Shown here: in pieces, positions 18,173-27,608 of the stretch
How the letters are laid out: each line of letters begins with the position of its first letter
Position numbering within the stretch: the first letter of the stretch is position 1
From: Actinomycetota bacterium
GTDB lineage: Bacteria; Actinomycetota; Thermoleophilia; Gaiellales; Gaiellaceae
Direction of reading: 5' to 3'
Assembly (NCBI GenBank): GCA_046734455.1
Contig: JBKPRJ010000055.1
Location: 14,151-78,150, forward strand
Length of the DNA stretch: 64,000 bases
Position numbers and translations under genes: made by a program
The notes under the pieces: model-generated
Told to the model about the DNA's origin: nothing
The model's database searches: none
Seen by the model: only the letters and a program-made list of their open reading frames with translations

Positions 18173-21100
18173 CAGGCGGTCACCTTCTCCGGAGCCTCCT
18201 CGACGACGCCGCTCGGCGACGCGGGCAGCTCGAAGACGAACGTGGAGCCCTGGCCCTCCTTCGACTCGACCCAGATCCTCCCGTCCATGGCGAGCACGAG
18301 ACCGCGCGCGAGGAAGAGCCCGAGCCCCGTGCCCTGCACGCCCGGCCCGGTGCCTTCGGCGCGGAAGAACTTGGAGAAGATCCGCTGCTGGTCGGCGCGC
18401 GGAATGCCGATGCCCTGATCGGTGACGCGCACCTCGACGCTCTCGGTCCGGCGGCGCGCGGAAATGGAGATGCGCCCGCCTTCGGGCGAGAACTTGACGG
18501 CGTTGTCGACGAGGTTGAGGAGAACCTGCGAGAGCTTCTCGCGATCGGCCTCGACGAGCACGCCGGCGGCAGGCAGGTCCAGCTCGAGCTCCCAGCGCTC
18601 GGCGTGCTCCTGGATGCGCGCGACGACCTCACCCGCAAGCGCTCCGACGTCGATCTCCTCGATGGTGAGCCGCAGCGTGCCGGTCTCGAGCCGGGCGACG
18701 CTGAGCAGGTCGTCGACGATGTTGATGAGCCGCTCAGACTCGGATGCTATGTAGCCGAGGAAGGTCCTCCGCTCGGAGTCGGAGAACTCGACGTCGCCGC
18801 GCATGAGCGTCTCCGCGAACCCGTAGATCGACGTGAGCGGAGTCCGCAGCTCGTGCGAGACGGTCGCGACAAAGTCCGACTTCATCTGCTCGACCACGCG
18901 CTCGCTCGAGACGTCGCGGAAGGCGAAGACCCGGCCGGCGACCGCGCCCGCCGCGTCGAGCATGACCGCCTCACTCACCGAGAGCCACACTTCCTTGTCG
19001 CCGCGCTGAATCGAGAGCGTGCGCTCCCCCGGAGTCGCGCCTTCGTCGGCGGCGAGGTCGCGCTGCAGGACCTTCGAGACATGGCGGCCGAGGGCCTCCG
19101 AGGCGGGAACGCCGCTGATCTGCTCGGCGGTCGCGTTCCAGAGCACGATGTCGCCGTCCCGGTCGACGGCGACGATGCCGTCGGCGATGTTGGCGAGAAT
19201 CGCCTCGCTCCGCTCCTTCTCCTCGGCGACGCGCTGGTAGAGCTCAGCGCTCGAGAAGACGGCGGACGCCGTGGCGGCGAGCGCCGAGAGCGCCTGCACC
19301 TCGTCCTCGCGCCAGGTCCGCACCTCCGAGTCGTAGACCGTGAGGACGCCGCTCAGGCCGCCGCCGTGGATGACCATCGGCACGGCGACGCAGGACACCA
19401 TTCCGTTCGCAAGCAGCGGATCCTCGTGCCCGAATCTCGGCGTCTCCCTGGCATCCGAGACGGCCAGCGGCGCGCGCGACTGCGCAGCGATTCCAACCGC
19501 TCCGCCCGCGGAGCTCGAGCGCATGTTGCGGATCCCCTGCGTGCCGGGGCCCCACGCAGCCCGCACGACGAGATCGTCGTTCTCGATCAGGCGGAGGACG
19601 GCGGAGTCGGCGTCGAGGAGGACCGGCGCCTCGCGCACGACTTCTTCGAACGCGGCCGCCGGGTCGAGCTTCGTCGCGAGAAGGCCGCCGATGTCCGCGA
19701 GCCGCTGGGAGAACGTATGTGCGCGCCGCTCACCTTCGAAGAGCTCGGCGCGCTCGAGCGCTCCTCGCGCCGCTCCGGTCAGGTGCCGCGCGAGGGCCAG
19801 GTCGTCGTCCGAGAACTTCCGCTCCTCGCGGAAGAGGACGAGCACCGCGTGCTTCTGGCCCTCGGCCCCGAGCACCGGCGCGGCGATCAGCGACCGGTAG
19901 CCCTGTCCGGTCAGGAGCCCGCGAAGGCTCTCCTCGAAGCGGTCGTCATCCTGCAGCGAGGTCGAGGAGAGGATCCGGCCCTCCTCCGCGGCGGCGCGCA
20001 GCGACGAGACGTCGCCCGGAAGGCCCTGCGCAAATCGCTCCCGCAGCTCCGCACGGAGCTCGTGGGCGCCCGAGAGCCGGAGCCGTTCGCCGCTTGGCTC
20101 GAGGACGATCGCCGACGAGCCGCCGAGCGCATCGCACGCTGCCTGCGCGAGCGCGTCGAGCGTCTCGCCGAGGGAGAGCGTCGATCCGAGCACCTCCGCG
20201 ATGCGGTAGAAGCCGCGTTGAACCTGCGCTTGGCGCTCGCGCTCGCCGAAGCTCTCGGCGTTGTGCAGGGCGAGCGAGGCGAGGCGCGCGAAGGTGTCGA
20301 GCAGCTCCAGGTCCTTCTCGTCGAAGTGGCCGTGCTCCCGCGCGCAGACACCGAGGACGCCCCGGACCTCGCCCAGCCAGGTGATCGGCGCGTCCATGAC
20401 CTCGGCGAAGATCTGGTAGTCGTCCGTCGGCGTCGGCGACTCGGTGCGGGCGAAGTCCCGCTTGAGGAGCGCGCGCCCTGTCGACAGCACGTGCTCGAAC
20501 GTGCCCTCCGGAACGATCTCGCGGCCGACGTTCCGCTCGGGCACGCCGAGCACGGCCTCGCAGCGCAGCATCGTCCGGCGCTCGTCGTAGACCCAGCAGT
20601 CGGCGGCGTCGGCTCGGAGGAGCTGGACGACCTCCGTGACCAGGCGCTGGATGACCGAGGCGAAGCGCAGGTCGGAGGTGAGGACCTGGCCGGCCTTGAG
20701 GAGCGCGGCCTGTTCCTGCAGGCGCCGTTCGTTCTGCTGCAGGAGCTGCGCGGTGTGGACCGCGAGACCGATCTCGCGCGCCACCGCCTCGGCGACCGAG
20801 ACGTCGTGCGGGCTCCAGACCGACGCCTCGGCGCGATGTAGCGCGAAGATCCCGATGATCCGGTCGAAGACGAGAATCGGCGTGGCGATGGCCGCGCGCG
20901 TGCCGAGCTCGACCAGCGTGTCCCTGCCGCCGAGTGTCGGGTCGTCGAGGTCGGGCGCGACGAGGACGTCTCCGACGACGACGGTCCGGCGCTCGCGCGC
21001 AGCGAGGTTCGAGACGGGCAGCCGCCCGGCCGCGTTGCCGATCGTCTCGACTCCGGGCGCGTCCCACTCCGCCCTGACCGGCGCGTCATCACCCGGGTCG

Positions 21101-22104
21101 CCGAGCCGAATGAACGCGCGGGAGAGGTCGAGAGCCATCCCGACCTCCGTCACGGCGACGTTCAAAACGGCGTCGAGGTCGAGCTCCGAACGGACGCGCC
21201 TGCCGATCTCCGAGATCACCCGCTCGCGCTCGAGCGCCTCCTCGAGCGCGTCGCGTGACGAAGCGTGCCCGAGGGCGAGCGCCGTCTCGTTGGCCAGGTC
21301 CTGCATGAGCTCGGTCTCCGACGGGGTGAAGAGCCGCGGCTTCTCGCTCGCGACGGCGAGGACCGCCGTCACCCGGCCGTCTGCGAGCAGTGGCACGAAG
21401 GCGGCGCTGTGCGCCCCCACGCGGGTCGCGAGATCCTGATTCACCTGCGGCGAGGTCTTCACGTCGAAGACGACGAGGGGCGTGCGCTCGCGAGCGACGG
21501 CCACGATTCCGCTCCGGGCGGTCTCGAGGTCAAGGACGACGGTGCGCCACCAGGTCTCGTCGATCCCGCGCGCCGCGTAGCCCGCGGCGATTCCCGCCTC
21601 CTCATCAACGGTGGCGATCATCGCCCTGGTCACCTCGAGGGCGCTCTCGAGCTCGTCGAAGAGCCGGTTCGCCGCCTCCCGCCCGCTGACGGCCTGCGAA
21701 AGGGCGGTCGAGAGCCGGGAGATCGACTCCGCGTCGCGCCGCCGTTCTGATGCCTCCCGTTCGGCCTTGTCGACGCGCGGCCCGGCCGAGACGAGCAGGT
21801 GCCGCTCGTTCCAGCGCCAGACGAAGATGGCGCCGGGCACGAGCGCGAGCAGCGAGAGCCCGAAGACCACCCAGGGGCTGAGCGTGCTCAGGAAGTCGTC
21901 GTCCGAGAGCCGCTGGCCGCCGGCCAGCGCGGCGAACGTCCCGATGAGGATGAAGACGAGCCACATCCCGAGTCCGAGCCAGGAAAAACGCTCGCGGCGG
22001 CGCAGGAGCTCGGGCGCAAGGGCGAGCGAGACGCCGAGGTACAGGGCCGCAAGCACGAACAGCGGCACGACCTCGAGCAGGATGACTCGACTGTGGTGAC
22101 TCAC
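18172..22104 (-). CDS. Membrane-anchored multi-GAF/PAS sensor histidine kinase
   Basis: 1310 aa. N-terminal TM helices are followed by several GAF-like segments and a PAS domain (IVAVDRDGDIVLWNATAEQISG). The H-box is SHELRTPLTSI and the HATPase block is DQGIGIP...GTGLGL. Confidence 0.9.
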   Translation of the reverse strand: MSHHSRVILLEVVPLFVLAALYLGVSLALAPELLRRRERFSWLGLGMWLVFILIGTFAALAGGQRLSDDDFLSTLSPWVVFGLSLLALVPGAIFVWRWNERHLLVSAGPRVDKAEREASERRRDAESISRLSTALSQAVSGREAANRLFDELESALEVTRAMIATVDEEAGIAAGYAARGIDETWWRTVVLDLETARSGIVAVARERTPLVVFDVKTSPQVNQDLATRVGAHSAAFVPLLADGRVTAVLAVASEKPRLFTPSETELMQDLANETALALGHASSRDALEEALERERVISEIGRRVRSELDLDAVLNVAVTEVGMALDLSRAFIRLGDPGDDAPVRAEWDAPGVETIGNAAGRLPVSNLAARERRTVVVGDVLVAPDLDDPTLGGRDTLVELGTRAAIATPILVFDRIIGIFALHRAEASVWSPHDVSVAEAVAREIGLAVHTAQLLQQNERRLQEQAALLKAGQVLTSDLRFASVIQRLVTEVVQLLRADAADCWVYDERRTMLRCEAVLGVPERNVGREIVPEGTFEHVLSTGRALLKRDFARTESPTPTDDYQIFAEVMDAPITWLGEVRGVLGVCAREHGHFDEKDLELLDTFARLASLALHNAESFGERERQAQVQRGFYRIAEVLGSTLSLGETLDALAQAACDALGGSSAIVLEPSGERLRLSGAHELRAELRERFAQGLPGDVSSLRAAAEEGRILSSTSLQDDDRFEESLRGLLTGQGYRSLIAAPVLGAEGQKHAVLVLFREERKFSDDDLALARHLTGAARGALERAELFEGERRAHTFSQRLADIGGLLATKLDPAAAFEEVVREAPVLLDADSAVLRLIENDDLVVRAAWGPGTQGIRNMRSSSAGGAVGIAAQSRAPLAVSDARETPRFGHEDPLLANGMVSCVAVPMVIHGGGLSGVLTVYDSEVRTWREDEVQALSALAATASAVFSSAELYQRVAEEKERSEAILANIADGIVAVDRDGDIVLWNATAEQISGVPASEALGRHVSKVLQRDLAADEGATPGERTLSIQRGDKEVWLSVSEAVMLDAAGAVAGRVFAFRDVSSERVVEQMKSDFVATVSHELRTPLTSIYGFAETLMRGDVEFSDSERRTFLGYIASESERLINIVDDLLSVARLETGTLRLTIEEIDVGALAGEVVARIQEHAERWELELDLPAAGVLVEADREKLSQVLLNLVDNAVKFSPEGGRISISARRRTESVEVRVTDQGIGIPRADQQRIFSKFFRAEGTGPGVQGTGLGLFLARGLVLAMDGRIWVESKEGQGSTFVFELPASPSGVVEEAPEKVTA

Positions 22105-22295
22105 TGGGCACTTGATGATAGGCGCGCCTCGGGCGTCCGTCGAGACACGCGCAGCGCGGAAATCCCGATTGCAAAGATGGGCCGAAGGACCTATTGGCAG
22201 GGCTCGAGCGCCGCTGTACCTTCCCCGCCACTGGGCGATGCGAACCGCGGCATGTGTCCCTGGCCATGTGAAGCCGCGGTGAGCAACTGTGGGAA

Positions 22296-22340
22296 GGCCC
22301 GCCGCGCTTACCCCCCGAGCGGCGGGCTTTTCCGCTTTTC
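22296..22340 (+). terminator. Orphan intrinsic-terminator-like hairpin with T tract (plus-strand orientation)
   Basis: GCCCGCCGC (22297-22305) pairs with GCGGCGGGC (22319-22327), giving 9 perfect bp around a 13-nt C-rich loop (GCTTACCCCCCGA). It is followed by TTTTCCGCTTTTC. No plus-strand CDS lies upstream. Confidence 0.5.
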
Positions 22341-22395
22341 GAGGGAGACGCGTAGACGGTTCTCAGCCAGCCGCTGAGAGGCTGTAACTACACTC

Positions 22396-23349
22396 ATGGC
22401 GGTGGTCAAACGGCTGGTCCTCGCCTCGCCCAGGGGCTATTGCGCCGGCGTCGAGCGGGCAGTCAAGACCGTGGAGCAGGCACTCGAGGTGCACGGGGCG
22501 CCCGTCTACGTGCGTAAGCAGATCGTCCACAACGCGCACGTCGTCCGCGACCTCGAGCGGCGCGGAGCGGTCTTCGTCGAGAGCGTCTCGGAAGTGCCGC
22601 CGTCGAGCATCGTCGTCTTCTCGGCGCACGGGGTCTCGCCCGCTGTCCGCCACACAGCGCGCTTCCGCGGCCTCCGGGCGATCGACGCGACGTGCCCGCT
22701 CGTCTCCAAGGTGCACGCGGAGGCCCGGCACTACGCTCGCCTCGGCTACACCATCTTCCTCATCGGCCACGCAGGCCACGAGGAGGTCGAGGGAACCACG
22801 GGCGAGGCGCCGCAGGCGATCGTCCTCGTCGAGACCGCAGAGCAGGCGGAGAACGTCACCCCGCCGCAAACGGACCGCCTCGTCTATCTCACGCAGACGA
22901 CGCTCTCCGTGGACGAGACCGACGAGATCGTCGCAGTGCTTCGCCGCCGCTTCCCCGGCATCGAGGCTCCGCCGAAGGAGGACATCTGCTACGCGACGAC
23001 GAACCGCCAGCGCGCGGTCAAGCAGACCCTCGCCGCCGTCGACCTGCTGCTCGTGATCGGCTCCCGGAACAGCTCGAACTCGAACCGCCTCGTCGACGTC
23101 GCACGCGCCGGCGGAGTCCAGGCGCATCTGATCGACGACGAGACCGAGATCGACGAGACCTGGCTCGAGGGCGTGGAGAGCGTCGGAATCACCTCCGGCG
23201 CATCGGCGCCCGAGTCCCTCGTCGCCCGCGTCGTCGCCTGGTTCCGCGAGCGCGGCGTGTCCGAGATCGAGGCGCTCGACGGTGCGGCCGAAGACGTCTT
23301 CTTCAAGCTCCCGCGCGAGGTTCGCGCGGACGCTCTCACCAGGACGTAG
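22396..23349 (+). CDS. ispH: 4-hydroxy-3-methylbut-2-enyl diphosphate reductase
   Basis: 317 aa. LASPRGYCAGVERAV...VHNAHVV is the typical IspH/LytB sequence with conserved Cys ligands. Confidence 0.95.
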   Translation: MAVVKRLVLASPRGYCAGVERAVKTVEQALEVHGAPVYVRKQIVHNAHVVRDLERRGAVFVESVSEVPPSSIVVFSAHGVSPAVRHTARFRGLRAIDATCPLVSKVHAEARHYARLGYTIFLIGHAGHEEVEGTTGEAPQAIVLVETAEQAENVTPPQTDRLVYLTQTTLSVDETDEIVAVLRRRFPGIEAPPKEDICYATTNRQRAVKQTLAAVDLLLVIGSRNSSNSNRLVDVARAGGVQAHLIDDETEIDETWLEGVESVGITSGASAPESLVARVVAWFRERGVSEIEALDGAAEDVFFKLPREVRADALTRT

Positions 23350-23869
23350 CCGAGACGCTGCCCACCCGCTTGCCCGTGCGGGTGAAGAGCACCACCGAGT
23401 GCCCGTCGGAGAGGAGGGTCGCGACGAGCCGGCCCTCGTCGGCGAAGCCGAGCCCGCCGCCGAAGCTCCCGGCCGGGACCGGGAACGCGGCGAGAAGCCG
23501 TCGGTCACGCCAGAGCTCGACCGCGGCCTCCACCGGCTCCTTCGCCGGAAACCGGTAGATCGCGAGCGCGAGCGTGCCGTCGGGGGCCGTGGCGAGGTGG
23601 GAGATGTCGAACGGCTCGCCGGTCTCGAGGCTCGGGAAGGCGGCGTCGATCGACGCCGTGCTCAGGTACTCGCGCCCGTGACGCAGGACACGCTTGCGGG
23701 TGAAGGGGCCGACCGCGACGTAGCCCGACGACGGGCGCTGGATCGAGGCGGATGCCGCCGCGCCGTTCGAGGCCTCCGAGATCGCCCTCTCCTTCGCGTC
23801 CGGCCTGAGCGCGTCGGCCGCCGCCACCGCGACGAGAACGACCACCGCGGCCAGGACGAGGCGGGTCAT
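23336..23869 (-). CDS. Hypothetical secreted or membrane-anchored protein
   Basis: Only the last 177 codons of track ORF 23336..24619 are plausible. ATG 23867-23869 overlaps the ileS stop (ATGA). The N-terminal signal/anchor is MTRLVLAAVVVLVAVAAADA. Confidence 0.6.
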   Translation of the reverse strand: MTRLVLAAVVVLVAVAAADALRPDAKERAISEASNGAAASASIQRPSSGYVAVGPFTRKRVLRHGREYLSTASIDAAFPSLETGEPFDISHLATAPDGTLALAIYRFPAKEPVEAAVELWRDRRLLAAFPVPAGSFGGGLGFADEGRLVATLLSDGHSVVLFTRTGKRVGSVSATSW

Positions 23870-26800
23870 TCGACTTTGCGCACCGCCAGCTCGGCACCCA
23901 CCTCGACGTCCTCCGCAAGCGTCTCGGCGGCAATCCAGTCGCGGTGCTCGAGCAGCGCCTCGTCCGCAGAGGAGACGGTGAGGACGATGCGATCCGTGAC
24001 CTCGAGGCCGGCGTCGCGGCGCAGGCGCTGGACGGCGTGGATGAGGTCGTACACGCGGCCCTCCGTCAGGAGTTCGTCGTCGAGCCGGGTGTCGACGCCG
24101 ACCACGTACTCGTCCTCGTGCTTGACCTCCCAACCCTCGCGCGGCGCGTACTCGAGCATGAACTCGCCCTTCGAGAGGATGTAGGCGCCTGCGCGCAGGG
24201 TTCCGTTCGACACCTCGAAGCTGCCCTCCTCGAGGAGCTTTCTGAGGTCCGGGAGATTCGGTCCGTAGCGTGGGCCGACCAGGTCTAGGCGGGGCTTTGC
24301 CCGCATCTCGGCGACCTCCCTCGGGCTCTCGAGGATCGCCACTTCCTTCACGCGAAGCTCGGCGGCGAGATCCTCGACCTGCCGAGAGATGAGCATCCGC
24401 CGCCCGGGATCGGGAGTCGCGACCACGAGCCGCCGGAGCGGCTGGCGCAGCTTGATCCCCGCGGCATCGCGTGCTGCGCGGGCGAGCTCCGCGACGCGCC
24501 GTGCGCCGGCCACCTCCGCCAGGAGCTCGGGATCCTCGTAGCGCGTCGCCGCCTGCGGCCAGCCGGCGAGGAAGGCGCTTTCCGGTGCCCCGCGCACGGA
24601 CGCGGCGAGGTTTCGCCACATGTGCTCGGCGAGGAACGGCATCACCGGCGCGATCACCCGCACGGCCTGGACGAGGGCGTACCAGAGCGTCCTGAACGCG
24701 GCCTCGTCGAGGCTGTAGAAGCGCTTACGCGAGCGGCGGATGTACCAGTTCGAGAGATCGTCGGTAAATCGCTCCCACGCGCTCGTGACGTCGGGCGTCC
24801 AGAAGCGCTCATAGGCATCCGTGGCCTCCTGGACGAGCTGCTGGGTCCGCGCGAGGAGCCAGCGGTCGAGTGGGCGGAGCTCCTCCGGGTCGGGGCCCGA
24901 GGCCAGATCGCGGTACGTCGGCTTGAACCCCTCGATGTTCGCGTAGAGGACGAAGAACGAGGCCGAGTTCCAGAAGGTGAGAAGCCGCCGCTTGACCTCG
25001 TTCGCCGGCCCGTAGCCGAAGTTGAGGTTCTGCTGGGGGACGTGGTCGCAGTACATGAACCGCATCACGTCGGCGCCCATCTTGTCCATGGCCTCGTTGG
25101 CCTCGATCGCGTTCCCCCAGGATTTGTGCATCTCCTTGCCGGTCTCGTCGCGGAGCTTCTCGTAGGCGAGGATCTGCCGGTACGGCGCCTTCCCGACAAG
25201 CGCGACCGACATGAAGAGCTGCGAGTAGAACCAGAGCCGGATCTGCTCGCGCATCTCCGAGACCCAGTCGGCCGGGAACCAGGTCTCCCAGTACGCGTGG
25301 TCCGGAAGGTCGGCGCCCGAGAGCCCCTCGGAGGCCCCGTTTGCATAGCCGCGCTCGCGCCACTCTGTGTTCTGCCAGCCCAGCGTCGAGAACGGCACGA
25401 TGCCCGCGTCGAGCCAGGCGTCGCCCACCTCCGGGATGCGCCTGACCTCCTCCCCGCACGCTTCGCAGCTGATCGGCACGTCGTCGATCCAGGGCCTATG
25501 CAGCTCCTGCAACTGGTCGAGGCCGCCGGTCGCGCGCTCCTCGAGCTCCGCACGAGAGCCGATGACGTTGAGCTTCCCGCACTCGCAAGGATAGAACGGA
25601 AGCGGCAGGCCGAAGTAGCGCTTCCGCGAGATGTTCCAGTCGCCCATGTTGCGGAGCCAGTCGTCCATGCGCTTCGAGTAGAAGTCGGGCGTCCACTCGA
25701 CGGTCGCGTTCGCTTCGAGCATCGGCTGACGGATCTCGTCGCACGCGATGAACCACTCGTCGACGATCCGGAAGATGAGCGGCGTGTGGCAGCGCCAACA
25801 GACGGGATAGCGGTGGACGATCTCGCCTGCCTCGAGCAGCCGGCCGCGCTCGCCGAGGTCGCCGATGATCTGGTCCTTCGCCTCGGCGGTCGAGGTGCCG
25901 TGCAGCCAGCCGTAGGAGTCGTAGAAGCGGCCGGCCTCGTCCACCGGTGTCAGGACCGGCAGGTCGTGGACACGGGAGAGCTCGAAGTCCTCGGCGCCGC
26001 AGCCCGGGGCGATGTGGACGATGCCCGTGCCCTCCTCCATGGTCACGTCGTCCCACGGGATCACGCGGTGGTCGACGTCTTCGGCGGCTGCGAGGTGGTC
26101 GTAAGGCCCCTCGTAGCGCTTCCCAACGAGGTCGACGCCCTTCGCCTTTGCCACGACCTCGCCGCCGAAGGGGAGCTCGGGCAGCCTCGCCTCCGCGACC
26201 CAGAGCAGGCCGTCGGCGGTCGAGAGCTTCACGTACTCGGCCTCGGGGTCGACGGCCGCGGCGACGTTGGCCGGCAGCGTCCAGGGCGTGGTCGTCCAGA
26301 CGACGAGCGCCTCCCCGGCCTCGTCGAGGAGCGGCAGGCGGACGTAGAGCGACGGGTCGCTCCGGTCCTCGTACGACCCGATGAGCTCGTGCTGGGAAAT
26401 CGACGTCCCGCAGCGGGGGCACCAGACGTTTGAGCGGTGGCCCATGTAGAGCCACCCGCGCTCGTTCACCGTCTTCAGGAAGCGCCAGATGTACTCGATG
26501 TTCGTGTCCGAGAACGTGTAGTAGTCGTTGTCCCAGTCCATCCACATGCCGAGGCGCTTCGACTGGTCGGTAATCACCTCGGAGTACTCCGCGACCGACT
26601 GCTTGCACTTCTCGGCGAAGGCCGCGAGCCCGTAGTCCTCGATCTCGCGCTTGGAGTTGAGCCCGAGCTGGCGCTCGACGTTCACCTCCACCCAGAGGCC
26701 CTGGCAGTCGAAGCCGTTCTGGTAGCGCTGGTCGAAGCCCTGCAGAGCCTTGTAGCGCTGAAAGACGTCCTTGAGCGTGCGGCCCCAGCAGTGGTGCACG

Positions 26801-26964
26801 CCCATCGGGTTGTTCGCGGTGATCGGGCCGTCGACGAAGCTCCACTTCGGGCCCTCGCGATTGAACTCACGCAGCCGCTCGAAGACCTGCTTTTCCTCCC
26901 ACCAGTCGAGCACCTCGCGTTCGAGTCCTGGGTGATCGGGTACCGAGGGAAGCGGCTGGAACAT
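23866..26964 (-). CDS. ileS: Isoleucine--tRNA ligase (type 2)
   Basis: 1032 aa. PITANNPMGVHHCWGR is the HIGH-type motif and KMHKSWGN is KMSKS-like. The long C-terminal extension is that of type-2 IleRS. Confidence 0.97.
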   Translation of the reverse strand: MFQPLPSVPDHPGLEREVLDWWEEKQVFERLREFNREGPKWSFVDGPITANNPMGVHHCWGRTLKDVFQRYKALQGFDQRYQNGFDCQGLWVEVNVERQLGLNSKREIEDYGLAAFAEKCKQSVAEYSEVITDQSKRLGMWMDWDNDYYTFSDTNIEYIWRFLKTVNERGWLYMGHRSNVWCPRCGTSISQHELIGSYEDRSDPSLYVRLPLLDEAGEALVVWTTTPWTLPANVAAAVDPEAEYVKLSTADGLLWVAEARLPELPFGGEVVAKAKGVDLVGKRYEGPYDHLAAAEDVDHRVIPWDDVTMEEGTGIVHIAPGCGAEDFELSRVHDLPVLTPVDEAGRFYDSYGWLHGTSTAEAKDQIIGDLGERGRLLEAGEIVHRYPVCWRCHTPLIFRIVDEWFIACDEIRQPMLEANATVEWTPDFYSKRMDDWLRNMGDWNISRKRYFGLPLPFYPCECGKLNVIGSRAELEERATGGLDQLQELHRPWIDDVPISCEACGEEVRRIPEVGDAWLDAGIVPFSTLGWQNTEWRERGYANGASEGLSGADLPDHAYWETWFPADWVSEMREQIRLWFYSQLFMSVALVGKAPYRQILAYEKLRDETGKEMHKSWGNAIEANEAMDKMGADVMRFMYCDHVPQQNLNFGYGPANEVKRRLLTFWNSASFFVLYANIEGFKPTYRDLASGPDPEELRPLDRWLLARTQQLVQEATDAYERFWTPDVTSAWERFTDDLSNWYIRRSRKRFYSLDEAAFRTLWYALVQAVRVIAPVMPFLAEHMWRNLAASVRGAPESAFLAGWPQAATRYEDPELLAEVAGARRVAELARAARDAAGIKLRQPLRRLVVATPDPGRRMLISRQVEDLAAELRVKEVAILESPREVAEMRAKPRLDLVGPRYGPNLPDLRKLLEEGSFEVSNGTLRAGAYILSKGEFMLEYAPREGWEVKHEDEYVVGVDTRLDDELLTEGRVYDLIHAVQRLRRDAGLEVTDRIVLTVSSADEALLEHRDWIAAETLAEDVEVGAELAVRKVE

Positions 26965-26992
26965 TTGCGGGTCAGTCTACGTTTCAAGGGTC

Positions 26993-27310
26993 ATGGCAGA
27001 CACGATCACAACTGACACATTCGACACCGAGGTGCTCGGGAGCGAAAGCCCCGTGCTCGTCGACTTCTGGGCGGAATGGTGCGGCCCGTGCCACGCGGTG
27101 GCACCGGTGCTCGACCAGATCGCCGAAGAGCGCTCGGATCTGCGGCTGGTAAAGGTCAACATCGACGAGGAGCCCGAGCTCGCGCGCCGCTACGGCGTGA
27201 TGAGCATCCCCACGATGATCCTCTTCGACTCCGGCGAGCCCAAGGCCGCCGCGGTCGGCGCACAGCCGAAGACGATGCTCGAGAAGTCACTCGGCCTGGT
27301 CGAGGCCTAG
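26993..27310 (+). CDS. trxA: Thioredoxin
   Basis: 105 aa with the canonical FWAEWCGPC active site. Confidence 0.95.
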   Translation: MADTITTDTFDTEVLGSESPVLVDFWAEWCGPCHAVAPVLDQIAEERSDLRLVKVNIDEEPELARRYGVMSIPTMILFDSGEPKAAAVGAQPKTMLEKSLGLVEA

Positions 27311-27427
27311 CCTCGTAATCTTCGGCACCACGGAGTAACCTCGGCCGATGAGAGTCGGTCGCGGGCTGCGGGCCACGGGCGCCCTGGCGGTCGGGCCGTG
27401 ACGGCTTGCCGCCCGCGCGGCGGGGGA

Positions 27428-27571
27428 TCAGTCCCTGTCTTCCAGGAAGGTCTGGAAGTCGGCGTGCTTGCGGAGATAGGACTCGACGTCGGCGAGGCCT
27501 TCGGCCACGAAGGCGTCCAGCCACTCCTCCGTGAGGTCGTCGTCGATCCGGTGCGTGCCGCGCTCAGCCAA
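27428..27571 (-). CDS. Possible 47-aa small protein (below the ORF-track size cutoff)
   Basis: A TTG-initiated frame, LAERGTHRIDDDLTEEWLDAFVAEGLADVESYLRKHADFQTFLEDRD, has very high third-position GC. It is bounded upstream by an in-frame TAG. No SD was seen. Confidence 0.35.
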   Translation of the reverse strand: MAERGTHRIDDDLTEEWLDAFVAEGLADVESYLRKHADFQTFLEDRD

Positions 27572-27608
27572 CGTGGCTGGATTATCGGCAGGGAGCCCCG
27601 AGTTCTAC

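Noticed and set aside
18604-20841. Very long ORFs on the strand opposite to confidently called genes. Examples: 476..1972(+), 3647..5188(+), 7509..9044(+), 11180..12706(+), 18604..20841(+), 24622..26433(+), 36000..37745(+), 32438..35137(+), 10461..12023(-).
   Set aside because: Their products are Arg/Ala/Pro/Gly-rich and of low complexity, with no recognisable motifs. They lie antisense to, or out of frame with, genes that have clear family signatures. Such ORFs are expected in ~70% GC DNA because stop codons are rare.
22297-22340. Assignment of the C-rich-loop hairpin to the actinobacterial 6C RNA family
   Set aside because: 6C RNA needs two hairpins with C-rich loops. I could fold only one convincing C-rich-loop hairpin here, so only a generic sRNA/terminator call is made.
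23870-24619. N-terminal 250 codons of track ORF 23336..24619(-)
   Set aside because: This part overlaps the 3' end of ileS out of frame and is Arg/Pro-rich. Only the last 177 codons, starting at an ATG that overlaps the ileS stop, look like a real (signal-peptide) protein.
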